Shown here: positions 44,948 to 51,932 of the stretch, in pieces
How positions within the stretch are numbered: position 1 is the stretch's first letter
Layout: every line of letters begins with the position of its first letter
Virus record (IMG/VR): IMGVR_UViG_3300035002_000025
Coordinates: 1 to 51,932 of that record
DNA: 51,932 bases
Reading direction: 5' to 3' (one strand)
Source: a virus
Taxonomy: Duplodnaviria; Caudoviricetes
Position numbers and translations under genes: made by a program
The notes under the pieces: model-generated
Told to the model about the DNA's origin: nothing
Database searches by the model: none
Seen by the model: the letters and a program-made list of their open reading frames with translations, nothing else

Positions 44948-45184
44948 TTAGATCAGCCCGCCCGGCGGCTTCGGGCCCCATTCCACGGTGAAGCTGAACT
45001 TGTCGGACTGGCAGCTCGTGCAGCGCATCCGCGAGTGCTCGAAGACCTCGGCGAAGACAGCATCGTCGCCGGCGCGCAGCTGCGCGAAGGAGAGCTTGGC
45101 GCTGTGCCGGCAGAACCGGCACGAGACGATCGCGCCGATGGCGCCGCGCGCCTTCAGGTGGTGGACTGTTGGGCGCTCGGCCAT
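44948..45184 (-). CDS. Zn-ribbon protein (paralogue 3)
   Basis: PTV..LKARG..GAIVSCRFC...RMRCTSC. Confidence 0.7.
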   Translation of the reverse strand: MAERPTVHHLKARGAIGAIVSCRFCRHSAKLSFAQLRAGDDAVFAEVFEHSRMRCTSCQSDKFSFTVEWGPKPPGGLI

Positions 45185-45193
45185 CTGCGCCGC

Positions 45194-45466
45194 TCAATCA
45201 ATGTCGAGGACGGCCAGCCGCATCTCGTGCAGCAAAGCGAGCGTCACCGGCGTCTCGCGGTCCTTCGCGACTTCCATGTATGTCTTCAGCAACTCGGCGA
45301 CCTCGCCGCGATCCAGCAAGCCGCGCCGCTCCATGGCGAGCACGAGCACCTGATAGGCTGCCGTTGTTGCGGCAATGTGGGCCGAAAGCACTTCGGGATC
45401 GGCCGGCGGGCGAGGTGGCTTGTTCGAAGGCACCTTACCGACGAGTGGAATCTTCCTGTCCTTCAC
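45194..45466 (-). CDS. Hypothetical protein
   Basis: GTGA overlap with SRAP; helical. Confidence 0.6.
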   Translation of the reverse strand: MKDRKIPLVGKVPSNKPPRPPADPEVLSAHIAATTAAYQVLVLAMERRGLLDRGEVAELLKTYMEVAKDRETPVTLALLHEMRLAVLDID

Positions 45467-46110
45467 GGCGCCTCATCCTTCTTTCCGCCCTTCGCCACGA
45501 TGACGAGCGATCCGTCGGGGAGGGGGCGCTGCAGCACCTTCGCTTCGTCCCACGGTGCGCGCAGCCAGACATCTCGCTCCTCGGCCGTCGTGAGGATCAC
45601 CGGCATGGCCTTGGGATGGATAGCCTTCACTTCCGCGTTCGGATCTGTCGTCAGGAAGCCGTAGAGGTCGGTGGTCACCTCGCCCTCTGCCTTCTTGCGG
45701 ACGCTCGTCCAGGTCGTCCACACGCCGGCGAAGGTGGCGAGAGGACGATCTTCAGCGAACGCGAACCAGATGTCCCCGCCGGCCTCCTTGTTGAACTCGG
45801 AGAATGAGGTGAAGGGGACGAGACATCGGCTCTCCGGCTTCAGCCAGCGCCGCCAGTGGGGCGAGGCGGTGTTGCGGATGTTGGTCACGCCCTTGTCGAC
45901 CGACTTGCCTTCCAGAGCAAAGGTCGGGGAGGGCATTCCCCACCGCGCCATCGCCAGTTCTCGCCCATTCGGTCCCTCGCGCACGATCGGCGCGGAATAG
46001 TCCGGGAAGATGCCCGGCATCGACGGGAGGTTGCCGGTGCGGTCGGCGATGGCGCGCGCCAGTTCGATGATGGCCTGCTGGCTCTTGGTCAGGCTGTAGA
46101 GATTGCACAT
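45463..46110 (-). CDS. SOS response-associated peptidase (SRAP/YedK/HMCES family)
   Basis: N-terminal MCNLY (Cys2), [21 protein letters not shown]. Confidence 0.95.
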   Translation of the reverse strand: MCNLYSLTKSQQAIIELARAIADRTGNLPSMPGIFPDYSAPIVREGPNGRELAMARWGMPSPTFALEGKSVDKGVTNIRNTASPHWRRWLKPESRCLVPFTSFSEFNKEAGGDIWFAFAEDRPLATFAGVWTTWTSVRKKAEGEVTTDLYGFLTTDPNAEVKAIHPKAMPVILTTAEERDVWLRAPWDEAKVLQRPLPDGSLVIVAKGGKKDEAP

Positions 46111-46144
46111 GGCGGCACGCTATCAGGTCAGGGGCGGTCGGACA

Positions 46145-46465
46145 TCATAATGGGCCGGGGCGCTTCTGGTGGGTGGCATCAGGGACGATGTGGAAGCGCT
46201 GGCAGCCGCATTTCGTGCACCGAGCCCGGATGGAGTGGGCGATCTGGGGAAAAGGCAACTCTGGCGGCAGGTTGACGTCTTCCCAGAGGATCACTTTCCA
46301 GTTGCCGCATCGCCTACCGCTCGGAAGGGTGCCGTTGCAGCAGACGTGGAAACCGATGCAACCCTCGGCCTTGCAGTCGGCGATCGTAGGCGGCGGGCCC
46401 CGCACATGCGCCGCCCGGCGTGCATCGTCTATCCAGCGCTCATCTTCCGGTTCCAATCGCTTCAT
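46145..46465 (-). CDS. Zn-ribbon protein (paralogue 2)
   Basis: Start MKRLEP at 46465; PTIADCKAEG..GFHVCC...RRC...RARCTKCG. Confidence 0.7.
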   Translation of the reverse strand: MKRLEPEDERWIDDARRAAHVRGPPPTIADCKAEGCIGFHVCCNGTLPSGRRCGNWKVILWEDVNLPPELPFPQIAHSIRARCTKCGCQRFHIVPDATHQKRPGPL

Positions 46466-46695
46466 GGCTCGCCTCCGCTTGGCACTGCCGGCCGGATGCT
46501 GAACTCTCGCCCGCCACATGCCGTGCATCGCATCCGCAGCCGGTAGGGAACCAAGTCGAGGTCTTCCCATATCGACACCCGCATCTCGGACCAGGTCAGC
46601 CACCGTCTGCGAAGGCAGTTTCGACACATCACCCGGGCACCCGTGACCCCGCCGCTCATGCACATGAAGATGAAGACGCGACGCTTCGGGCTCAT
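46462..46695 (-). CDS. Zn-ribbon protein (paralogue 1)
   Basis: GVTGARVMCRNC...RMRCTACGGREF; ATGA-coupled. Confidence 0.7.
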   Translation of the reverse strand: MSPKRRVFIFMCMSGGVTGARVMCRNCLRRRWLTWSEMRVSIWEDLDLVPYRLRMRCTACGGREFSIRPAVPSGGEP

Positions 46696-46913
46696 GGCAG
46701 CTTGAGCGTATCCATACCCATGTAGACGCGGCCCCGAAGATACCCCCGGCTGGTCGTCCGAACGTTGTCCAGCGCCAGCGTCGCAATGTCCTCGAACAGA
46801 GCGCGAATTGCGCGCCGCGGGTCGCCATCGAACTCAGCGAGCACGTCCTCAACGTCCTGATCGGTGATGACTTCGGACACGATTTCTCGATCCGAGCGGC
46901 GTGGCGCGGTCAT
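46692..46913 (-). CDS. Small conserved alphaproteobacterial protein, first gene of SOS-boxed operon
   Basis: VLAEFDGDPRRAIRAL...SRGYLRGR; GGAG RBS. Confidence 0.75.
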   Translation of the reverse strand: MTAPRRSDREIVSEVITDQDVEDVLAEFDGDPRRAIRALFEDIATLALDNVRTTSRGYLRGRVYMGMDTLKLP

Positions 46914-46940
46914 ATTCGTCTCCGGTGGACGGCATGGATC

Positions 46941-46955
46941 GTTCCTGTTATGTTC
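46941..46955 (-). promoter_or_regulatory. Alphaproteobacterial LexA (SOS) box
   Basis: GTTC-ctgttat-GTTC, 27 nt upstream of ATG 46913; shares flanking ATGTGAAC with the 5844 box. Confidence 0.82.
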
Positions 46956-46992
46956 ACATCATCCGGCGCGTGGCAAGCGGGGGTGTGGACAG

Positions 46993-47244
46993 GTGGTGAA
47001 GTTCACGGAAACCGAGACTGAGCAAGGCGGGTGGGACATCATCGCCGTGCCCGAGAACGAGGCTGACATGCGTTTCCTCGCGGAGGACAGCCCGTCGTCC
47101 GCCCTGGGCTATGTGAAGCTGGTTCTGCGGCACGCCATAGAAGCCGCGGGAGACGTGGACGCGCCGAAGTTGACGGCGGCGATCGAGGATGCGCTTCAGG
47201 CGGCCCATGAGGTGAAGGTGCCCACAACGGCAGGCCAGAAGTAG
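46993..47244 (+). CDS. Hypothetical protein divergent from the SOS operon
   Basis: MVKFTETETEQGGWDIIAVP...; fills gap. Confidence 0.55.
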   Translation: MVKFTETETEQGGWDIIAVPENEADMRFLAEDSPSSALGYVKLVLRHAIEAAGDVDAPKLTAAIEDALQAAHEVKVPTTAGQK

Positions 47245-47247
47245 CGG

Positions 47248-47427
47248 TTAGCTGTCCGAGGGTGCATCTGGGCGGGCCTTCCTGAGCGCGTTCCGGCTAG
47301 TGACCATTCGATAGCCGTCCTCGAATTCCACGCAACAGGAGTTCATCGTGCCGCGGGCGGTGACCATGCAGCGCTGGCCTTTGCGTCCCTGGCGGTCCCA
47401 GCGGTAGATGTAGGCCGCACTAGCCAT
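47248..47427 (-). CDS. 59-aa hypothetical phage protein (not in ORF track)
   Basis: MASAAYIYRWDRQGRKGQRCMVTARGTMNSCCVEFEDGYRMVTSRNALRK; AGGAGG RBS. Confidence 0.65.
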   Translation of the reverse strand: MASAAYIYRWDRQGRKGQRCMVTARGTMNSCCVEFEDGYRMVTSRNALRKARPDAPSDS

Positions 47428-47803
47428 CCACCCCTCCTACTGCTCCTGCGCGGACCATGGCGCGGTAGTCGCGGGCCATCTCGGCAACCATTGCGCACGA
47501 CTCGCTCAAGTGGGTTGGCGGCAGCCTGCTAACGACCGCTGCGGCGCTGTCGATGTCTGTTTGCGAAGGCTCGTCGGTCGTCACCAGGATGGTCGCAATC
47601 AGAACATCCTCGCTCGCCTCCTTCGGCACCACCGCCATCCCGGCGGCTGAGATGGCCTGACGGACGGCGCGGGCGCGCCTCCTGTAGGTCTCGCGATGGG
47701 ATTGCGAGGCTTGGTCCCAATCGTTCCATCGGCCGGCGGCAACCTTGCGGTCGTCTTCGCGCATCGCCCTCGCGATCACCTCGTCCAGTTCGTCAGCGGT
47801 CAT
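47420..47803 (-). CDS. Hypothetical phage protein
   Basis: Coupled leftward operon. Confidence 0.65.
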   Translation of the reverse strand: MTADELDEVIARAMREDDRKVAAGRWNDWDQASQSHRETYRRRARAVRQAISAAGMAVVPKEASEDVLIATILVTTDEPSQTDIDSAAAVVSRLPPTHLSESCAMVAEMARDYRAMVRAGAVGGVDG

Positions 47804-48023
47804 GGGTGGGGCTCTCCGGCAGGACGGAAACGGTTACGCGGACGCGGACGGGCTTGAATTTGGCCGGGTCGGAGCCAGGGAGACGCGCCACCTCTCGATC
47901 AGCATAGGCGCGCGCCTGCTTCTCGGTCTGGAACGTCTCTGGCGACCACAGATCGCCCCAAGGGTTGAGGATGCCCCAGCGCCAGTTCGCGCGGTACGGC
48001 TTCGGCTTGCGCTTCTCCGTCAT
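47793..48023 (-). CDS. Hypothetical phage protein
   Basis: MTEKRKPKPYRANW; ATGA overlap. Confidence 0.6.
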   Translation of the reverse strand: MTEKRKPKPYRANWRWGILNPWGDLWSPETFQTEKQARAYADREVARLPGSDPAKFKPVRVRVTVSVLPESPTHDR

Positions 48024-48250
48024 CTGTCCTGCTCCAGGGCTGCGCGGCCGGCGGGGGTGATGCGGAGGATGAAGTCGTCGCCGCTCCATCCAGGGCCAGA
48101 CTGCTCGGCTAGCCCGCTCTCGAAAAGCTGGTTCCACGTGTCCGGGTTGCCGTCGTCAGAATACTGATCGACCCTCGGATCATCCGCACCGACGCTGCCT
48201 TCTATTGACAGAAGCTGCAGCGCGCCCCTCTGCGCCTCACTCAGCCTCAT
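48020..48250 (-). CDS. Hypothetical protein (winged-helix-like)
   Basis: MRLSEAQRGALQLL...LFESGLAE...RITPAGRAALE. Confidence 0.6.
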   Translation of the reverse strand: MRLSEAQRGALQLLSIEGSVGADDPRVDQYSDDGNPDTWNQLFESGLAEQSGPGWSGDDFILRITPAGRAALEQDR

Positions 48251-48698
48251 CGGCGGCCTCCCGGATGGCTTTGGCGATGACCGCCGCCTCGTCTGCTTTG
48301 TTGATGAAAATTGCGTAGGCAGTTGTACCGCGCTGAACCGCATCGGCCTCTTTCAGCCAGCGCTCGCATTCTGCATCCGCAATCCTCGCCGCCTCCTCGA
48401 ACGCTGCTCTGCGGGCGTCGGGGGAGGGGTGGGCGTAGAGGGGGCGAACCTCGACATATGGGCTAGGCTGCCCTCCTGTCGGGTGATGTCGCTGACATTG
48501 CCAGTCCTCGGCAGGAGGATACCGAAAATCCCACGCCACCGGCACCGCCTCCTGCGGCTCTAGGGCGGCGGAGAGGGCCGCTCGCATGCTGGCGCGGGCT
48601 TCCTGATCGATGTCCACGCTGCATCCGAGCAGGCGTCCATCATAGCCGTCTCCGAAGTATGCCTTCAGCGCCCGCTCAACCTGTTCTTCGGTAATCAT
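48237..48698 (-). CDS. Hypothetical phage protein
   Basis: MITEEQVERA...PVAW...VRPLYAHP...AFEEAARIAD. Confidence 0.65.
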   Translation of the reverse strand: MITEEQVERALKAYFGDGYDGRLLGCSVDIDQEARASMRAALSAALEPQEAVPVAWDFRYPPAEDWQCQRHHPTGGQPSPYVEVRPLYAHPSPDARRAAFEEAARIADAECERWLKEADAVQRGTTAYAIFINKADEAAVIAKAIREAADEAE

Positions 48699-48907
48699 GG
48701 GGTGGGGTCCTCGATCCTGAGAATGGCGTGCTGCTCGCCGGTCGCCTCCCGCCAACGCTGCTGCATCTCGATACGGAGGGCCTCCCAAAGGTGAGGCGGC
48801 AGCAATTCGCGAGATCGATGCGGGGTGTGTCGGAAATAAGCGTCGGCTGCGAGTGAAACGGCGGCTTCTTCGACCTGACGCAATAAATCGATTCCCATGT
48901 CGCTCAT
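48695..48907 (-). CDS. Hypothetical protein
   Basis: ATGA overlaps at both ends. Confidence 0.55.
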   Translation of the reverse strand: MSDMGIDLLRQVEEAAVSLAADAYFRHTPHRSRELLPPHLWEALRIEMQQRWREATGEQHAILRIEDPTP

Positions 48908-49179
48908 CGTTCCGTGTCCTTAGAGAGTGCGCGCAGACGCGATGCGGCACGCGTGCGAGAGGCATCGGTCCTGGTGTAGTAAGGGATGGCGCTGCCAACC
49001 CCGTGCGCGTTGCTGGGCGGCCAGAACACGCGCCACGACCCCGGAGACCGACCGCTCAATCCGATCCGGCTCACACGCCGCACCTGGCCGCCAAGGGCTT
49101 CCGCAACCTCGTAGTCGAGATCGCGATCAGGCTTGCTTCGCCCCTCCACTCTCTCCGCCAGCGCGATAAGGGTGGTCAT
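48904..49179 (-). CDS. Hypothetical phage protein
   Basis: LAERVE...PDRDLDYEVA...IPYYT. Confidence 0.6.
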   Translation of the reverse strand: MTTLIALAERVEGRSKPDRDLDYEVAEALGGQVRRVSRIGLSGRSPGSWRVFWPPSNAHGVGSAIPYYTRTDASRTRAASRLRALSKDTER

Positions 49180-49388
49180 GTCAGCACCGCCCAGATCAGC
49201 CAGACGATGACGGCGAGCAGGGCCATGACGAGGTAGCCACCGGCCTCCAACATGCCGCCCGCTGCATCGGGGAACATACCGCCGTTGTTGGGTTGCATCC
49301 GAACGCCGAAAAGGCGCCAGGCCGTGAACAGCGCTACGGTGATCACGGCGGGGGCAATCCACCAGCCGAGCGAAAGTGCGATGTTCAT
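49176..49388 (-). CDS. Small two-TM membrane protein
   Basis: LGWWIAPAVITVALF...LLAVIVWLIWAVL. Confidence 0.65.
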   Translation of the reverse strand: MNIALSLGWWIAPAVITVALFTAWRLFGVRMQPNNGGMFPDAAGGMLEAGGYLVMALLAVIVWLIWAVLT

Positions 49389-49837
49389 GGCGTTTCTCCG
49401 GTAAGGCGGGCGACTTCTCGTTTGTGGTCCTCGCGCTCCCGCTGATCGCATTCCGCGATCCATGCGCGCTCTTCTGACGTCAGTTCAGCGAGTGGTTTGA
49501 GCCAAAGTTTTTGCGGGCTGCTGACATAATCGCCGTGGAAGACGTATTGCCCGTCCTCGGCATAGTGACCCGTCCACATGCCGGTGGAGCCAGTTTCGGC
49601 GACGGCGCAATCGTCGCCGCGCCTCACGCGCAATCCGCCGCCCTTCCACCAGCCAAGCTCTTTCAACCGCTGCTCGGCCTGAATGAGCGCCGAGAGGGCA
49701 TCCTTAGCGGTCGGCATATCGGAGGCACGTTTTGCCGCAGCAGCGTCCACCCAATCGCGGATAGCCTGCGCCTCGTCCTTGGTCAGCGGCTGGTGGCTGC
49801 CGTCTGCCAGCGTCTTATGTCCGTAGTAGCCAGCCAT
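49385..49837 (-). CDS. Hypothetical phage protein
   Basis: MAGYYGHKTLADG...RLKELGW; TGATG coupling. Confidence 0.65.
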   Translation of the reverse strand: MAGYYGHKTLADGSHQPLTKDEAQAIRDWVDAAAAKRASDMPTAKDALSALIQAEQRLKELGWWKGGGLRVRRGDDCAVAETGSTGMWTGHYAEDGQYVFHGDYVSSPQKLWLKPLAELTSEERAWIAECDQREREDHKREVARLTGETP

Positions 49838-50505
49838 CACCCGCGCTCCTTGTCCGCCTTCACGGCTGCGAGGCGTTCGTAGTGCTTCGGGTAGTTCAGT
49901 CGCACCCACTCCTCGGCCCCGCGCTTGAAGGCGACCTCAACGGCGCTGTCTAAGTCGGCCTCTAGTCCCTCGATCTTGTCGGCCTTCTGCTCGGCGTCCT
50001 CCGCCAGCCCCTTCACCTGCTGGGCGAGGGTGTCGCGCTCGGCTTCGGTTGCCTTGCGTTTGCGCCGCTCAAGCACGCTGGCCTGCCACCAGTCGGCCGT
50101 GATGCCGCCGCGCGGCGCTGGCTTCCATTCGGTTGGAACGTCGGCCAACGCTGCCTCGGTGCGCTCGAATAGCCCGCTATCGGAGTATTCAGAGCCGTTG
50201 TCGATCTCGATCCAGCCGCCGTCGCCGTCCTTCAAGCCGATCTCACCAACCGCAAGATGATGGTCGTGATGCTCGCGCAGGAGCTTCTTCACCCGCGCGA
50301 CCTCGGCCTCTAGCTCTGTGAGGCGGGCGGCGGGGACATACGCGATCTTCTCGCGCTCCAATTGGCGCGCCGTGAAGAGCGACCTCGCTGTGTCGTCCGG
50401 CGTCCAGGTCCAGTCGTCGGGATGCTGACCATGGATGCGGTCGATCCAGATTTTTGCCGGCGTCGCCTTCTCCGCCGCCTCACGCAGCGCCTTTACGTCA
50501 GTCAT
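49837..50505 (-). CDS. Ead/Ea22-like protein
   Basis: N-terminal ALREAAEKATP; coiled coils. Confidence 0.55.
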   Translation of the reverse strand: MTDVKALREAAEKATPAKIWIDRIHGQHPDDWTWTPDDTARSLFTARQLEREKIAYVPAARLTELEAEVARVKKLLREHHDHHLAVGEIGLKDGDGGWIEIDNGSEYSDSGLFERTEAALADVPTEWKPAPRGGITADWWQASVLERRKRKATEAERDTLAQQVKGLAEDAEQKADKIEGLEADLDSAVEVAFKRGAEEWVRLNYPKHYERLAAVKADKERG

Positions 50506-50508
50506 GGA

Positions 50509-50712
50509 TCAGTCCTCGCCCCAATAGCTCATGTCGGCGTCTGCGCACTCTTCAGGCCCATCTTCGCGCTGGTGAGGGTCGTCCCAGTATGTTGGGCCTG
50601 CTTGGTCGGCGTATTCGGCGATGCTCTCCCCGTCTGCGAAGGTCGGTCCGGCGATCGTCAGCATTCGGGCTTTGAAGCGGGCGCAGAAATCTTCCTTGGT
50701 GATGTCACTCAT
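50509..50712 (-). CDS. Small acidic hypothetical protein
   Basis: MSDITKEDF...GPEECADADMSYW; AAGGAG RBS. Confidence 0.6.
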   Translation of the reverse strand: MSDITKEDFCARFKARMLTIAGPTFADGESIAEYADQAGPTYWDDPHQREDGPEECADADMSYWGED

Positions 50713-51094
50713 GGCCGACTCCTTTGGCGCGGGTGAGAAGGGCGCTGGCTCGATCAAACGTGCGCTTTTTCACCAGTTGGCCGTCATTGGACCACCTGCC
50801 ATCAACGGTGAATTCAGCAGCGCACTCGGATACCAACGGCTCCAACCCCGCCACCACCTCATCCACCAGCGCGGAGAGGCGTGCGTTGTCGGCTTCGGCG
50901 GATCGGCGCGCTACGTCACATTTAACCCAGCCGGTCCATTGTCTCTCTCCCGATGCTTGCGCCTCACGCAGTTCGGCTTCCAGCGCGTCTATGCGGGCTA
51001 GAGCATCGCGAGCCAAGACGCGGTCGGCCGTCAAATACGCGGACACGCTGCCGTCCCGCAGCCTCTCCTTGAGGTCGGGCGAGGAGGGGGTCAT
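50705..51094 (-). CDS. Hypothetical phage protein
   Basis: DLKERLR...ALARIDALEAELR. Confidence 0.6.
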   Translation of the reverse strand: MTPSSPDLKERLRDGSVSAYLTADRVLARDALARIDALEAELREAQASGERQWTGWVKCDVARRSAEADNARLSALVDEVVAGLEPLVSECAAEFTVDGRWSNDGQLVKKRTFDRASALLTRAKGVGHE

Positions 51095-51387
51095 CAGAAA
51101 TCTCCGTCACCGATAAGCGCATGGCCACTCAAAGCCACAAGCTGCTGCTGCCCACGCTCGCGGCTGTCGTGAGGCGATCCGAGCATGAGATTGAACCCGC
51201 CAGACGCGGTGTAATATTGCGCGTCAGGGAAGGTCTTCTGGACATCGTGGAGTAGGGCGCGGATAGCCTTATCGACAGCCTTGAACCGGCGCCTGGCCTG
51301 CGGGCAGTGAAGCATCAGCAGGTCGTAGGCGTCGAACTCACCAGAGGCGATGAGGCGGAGACACTCAGCTTCGTTGAACTCGCCCAT
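51094..51387 (-). CDS. Hypothetical phage protein
   Basis: MGEFNEAECL...FPDAQYYTASGGFNLMLG...IGDGDF; GGAGG RBS. Confidence 0.65.
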   Translation of the reverse strand: MGEFNEAECLRLIASGEFDAYDLLMLHCPQARRRFKAVDKAIRALLHDVQKTFPDAQYYTASGGFNLMLGSPHDSRERGQQQLVALSGHALIGDGDF

Positions 51388-51932
51388 CACCCGCCCTCCT
51401 CGTTGGAGGGGGCTTGGAGGGTGGCGGGCTTCATGAACACCACCCAGTGAGATTTGGCCGTCTTGCCGCAGCGGTTGCCGAAAAGCGGCTTCTCGGGGGT
51501 GAGGCTCAAGACCTCCGAAACGCGCACCTCGTGCTCGTTCCACTTGAATATCAGCGTGCCATTCGGGCGAAGGACGCGGAAACACTCCCTAAATCCCCCC
51601 GCCAGGTCTTCCCGCCACGAATCGCCCAGACGCCCATACTTCTTTGCGAGCCAGCCGGTGCGGCCGTTCTGGACGAGGTGCGGCGGATCGAAGACCACGA
51701 GGTGGAACTGACCGTCAGCGAACGGCAACGCGCGGAAATCGAGTTCCGCGTCCGGCTCGATGATCAGTTCCCGCGTTCCGCCCGTGCTGGACTTATCGCG
51801 GAGAGAATGGCGCTCGCGGCGGATGTCGCCAAAGACCGCACGATCATCTGAGCGGTCGAACCAAAACATCCGGCTTCCGCAGCAAGGATCAAGGACCCCC
51901 GCCGTCTCGGCGCAGTGCTTGTCGGAGGTCAT
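51387..51932 (-). CDS. SAM-dependent methyltransferase (probable amino-DNA MTase)
   Basis: LDPCCGSRMFWFD, VVFDPPH, FRVLRPNGTLIFKW. Confidence 0.85.
   Translation of the reverse strand: MTSDKHCAETAGVLDPCCGSRMFWFDRSDDRAVFGDIRRERHSLRDKSSTGGTRELIIEPDAELDFRALPFADGQFHLVVFDPPHLVQNGRTGWLAKKYGRLGDSWREDLAGGFRECFRVLRPNGTLIFKWNEHEVRVSEVLSLTPEKPLFGNRCGKTAKSHWVVFMKPATLQAPSNEEGG

Larger units (their letters stand above)
1..51932. mobile_element. Temperate siphovirus-like prophage/phage genome of an alphaproteobacterium
   Basis: Integrase, CI/Cro, recombination, replication, terminase, portal, capsid, tail tube, tape measure, tail tip, fibre and lysis genes in lambdoid order; no tail sheath seen; alphaproteobacterial-type LexA boxes and GapR/DUF3572-like genes. 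Confidence 0.97.

Noticed and set aside
1-51932. tRNA, rRNA, CRISPR, reverse transcriptase/DGR, IS elements, att direct repeats
   Set aside because: None recognised by eye; window ends coincide with CDS ends so att sites probably lie outside; a covariance-model search was not possible

Overview
The whole 51.9 kb window is one apparently complete temperate siphovirus-like (pro)phage of a high-GC alphaproteobacterium (Hyphomicrobiales-like), trimmed at gene boundaries so that no att sites or host flanks are visible. Order: tyrosine integrase/xis; leftward early recombination operon (HNH, YqaJ exonuclease, ERF); CI/Cro switch with five TGGG-N6-CCC(A/C) operators; rightward early operon carrying host-regulator look-alikes (GapR-like, two DnaA domain IV-like, a protease-less LexA DNA-binding domain), an adenine methyltransferase, a replication initiator with iterons and a Q-like regulator; head and tail genes with a -1 frameshift tail chaperone; tail fibre; O-acyltransferase; lysis cassette; accessory genes; the rest of the leftward early operon. 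The most striking unexplained layer is regulatory. Three perfect alphaproteobacterial SOS boxes (GTTC-N7-GTTC) precede a Zn-ribbon/DUF3572 pair, a DprA-PRTase pair and an SRAP plus triple Zn-ribbon cluster. Three general-stress sigma (EcfG-type, GGAAC-N16-C(G/A)TT) promoters precede small morons. Paired GANTC (CcrM) sites lie near several accessory promoters. The phage also encodes a probably non-cleavable LexA mimic. All product calls come from motif recognition by eye; no database searches were run.
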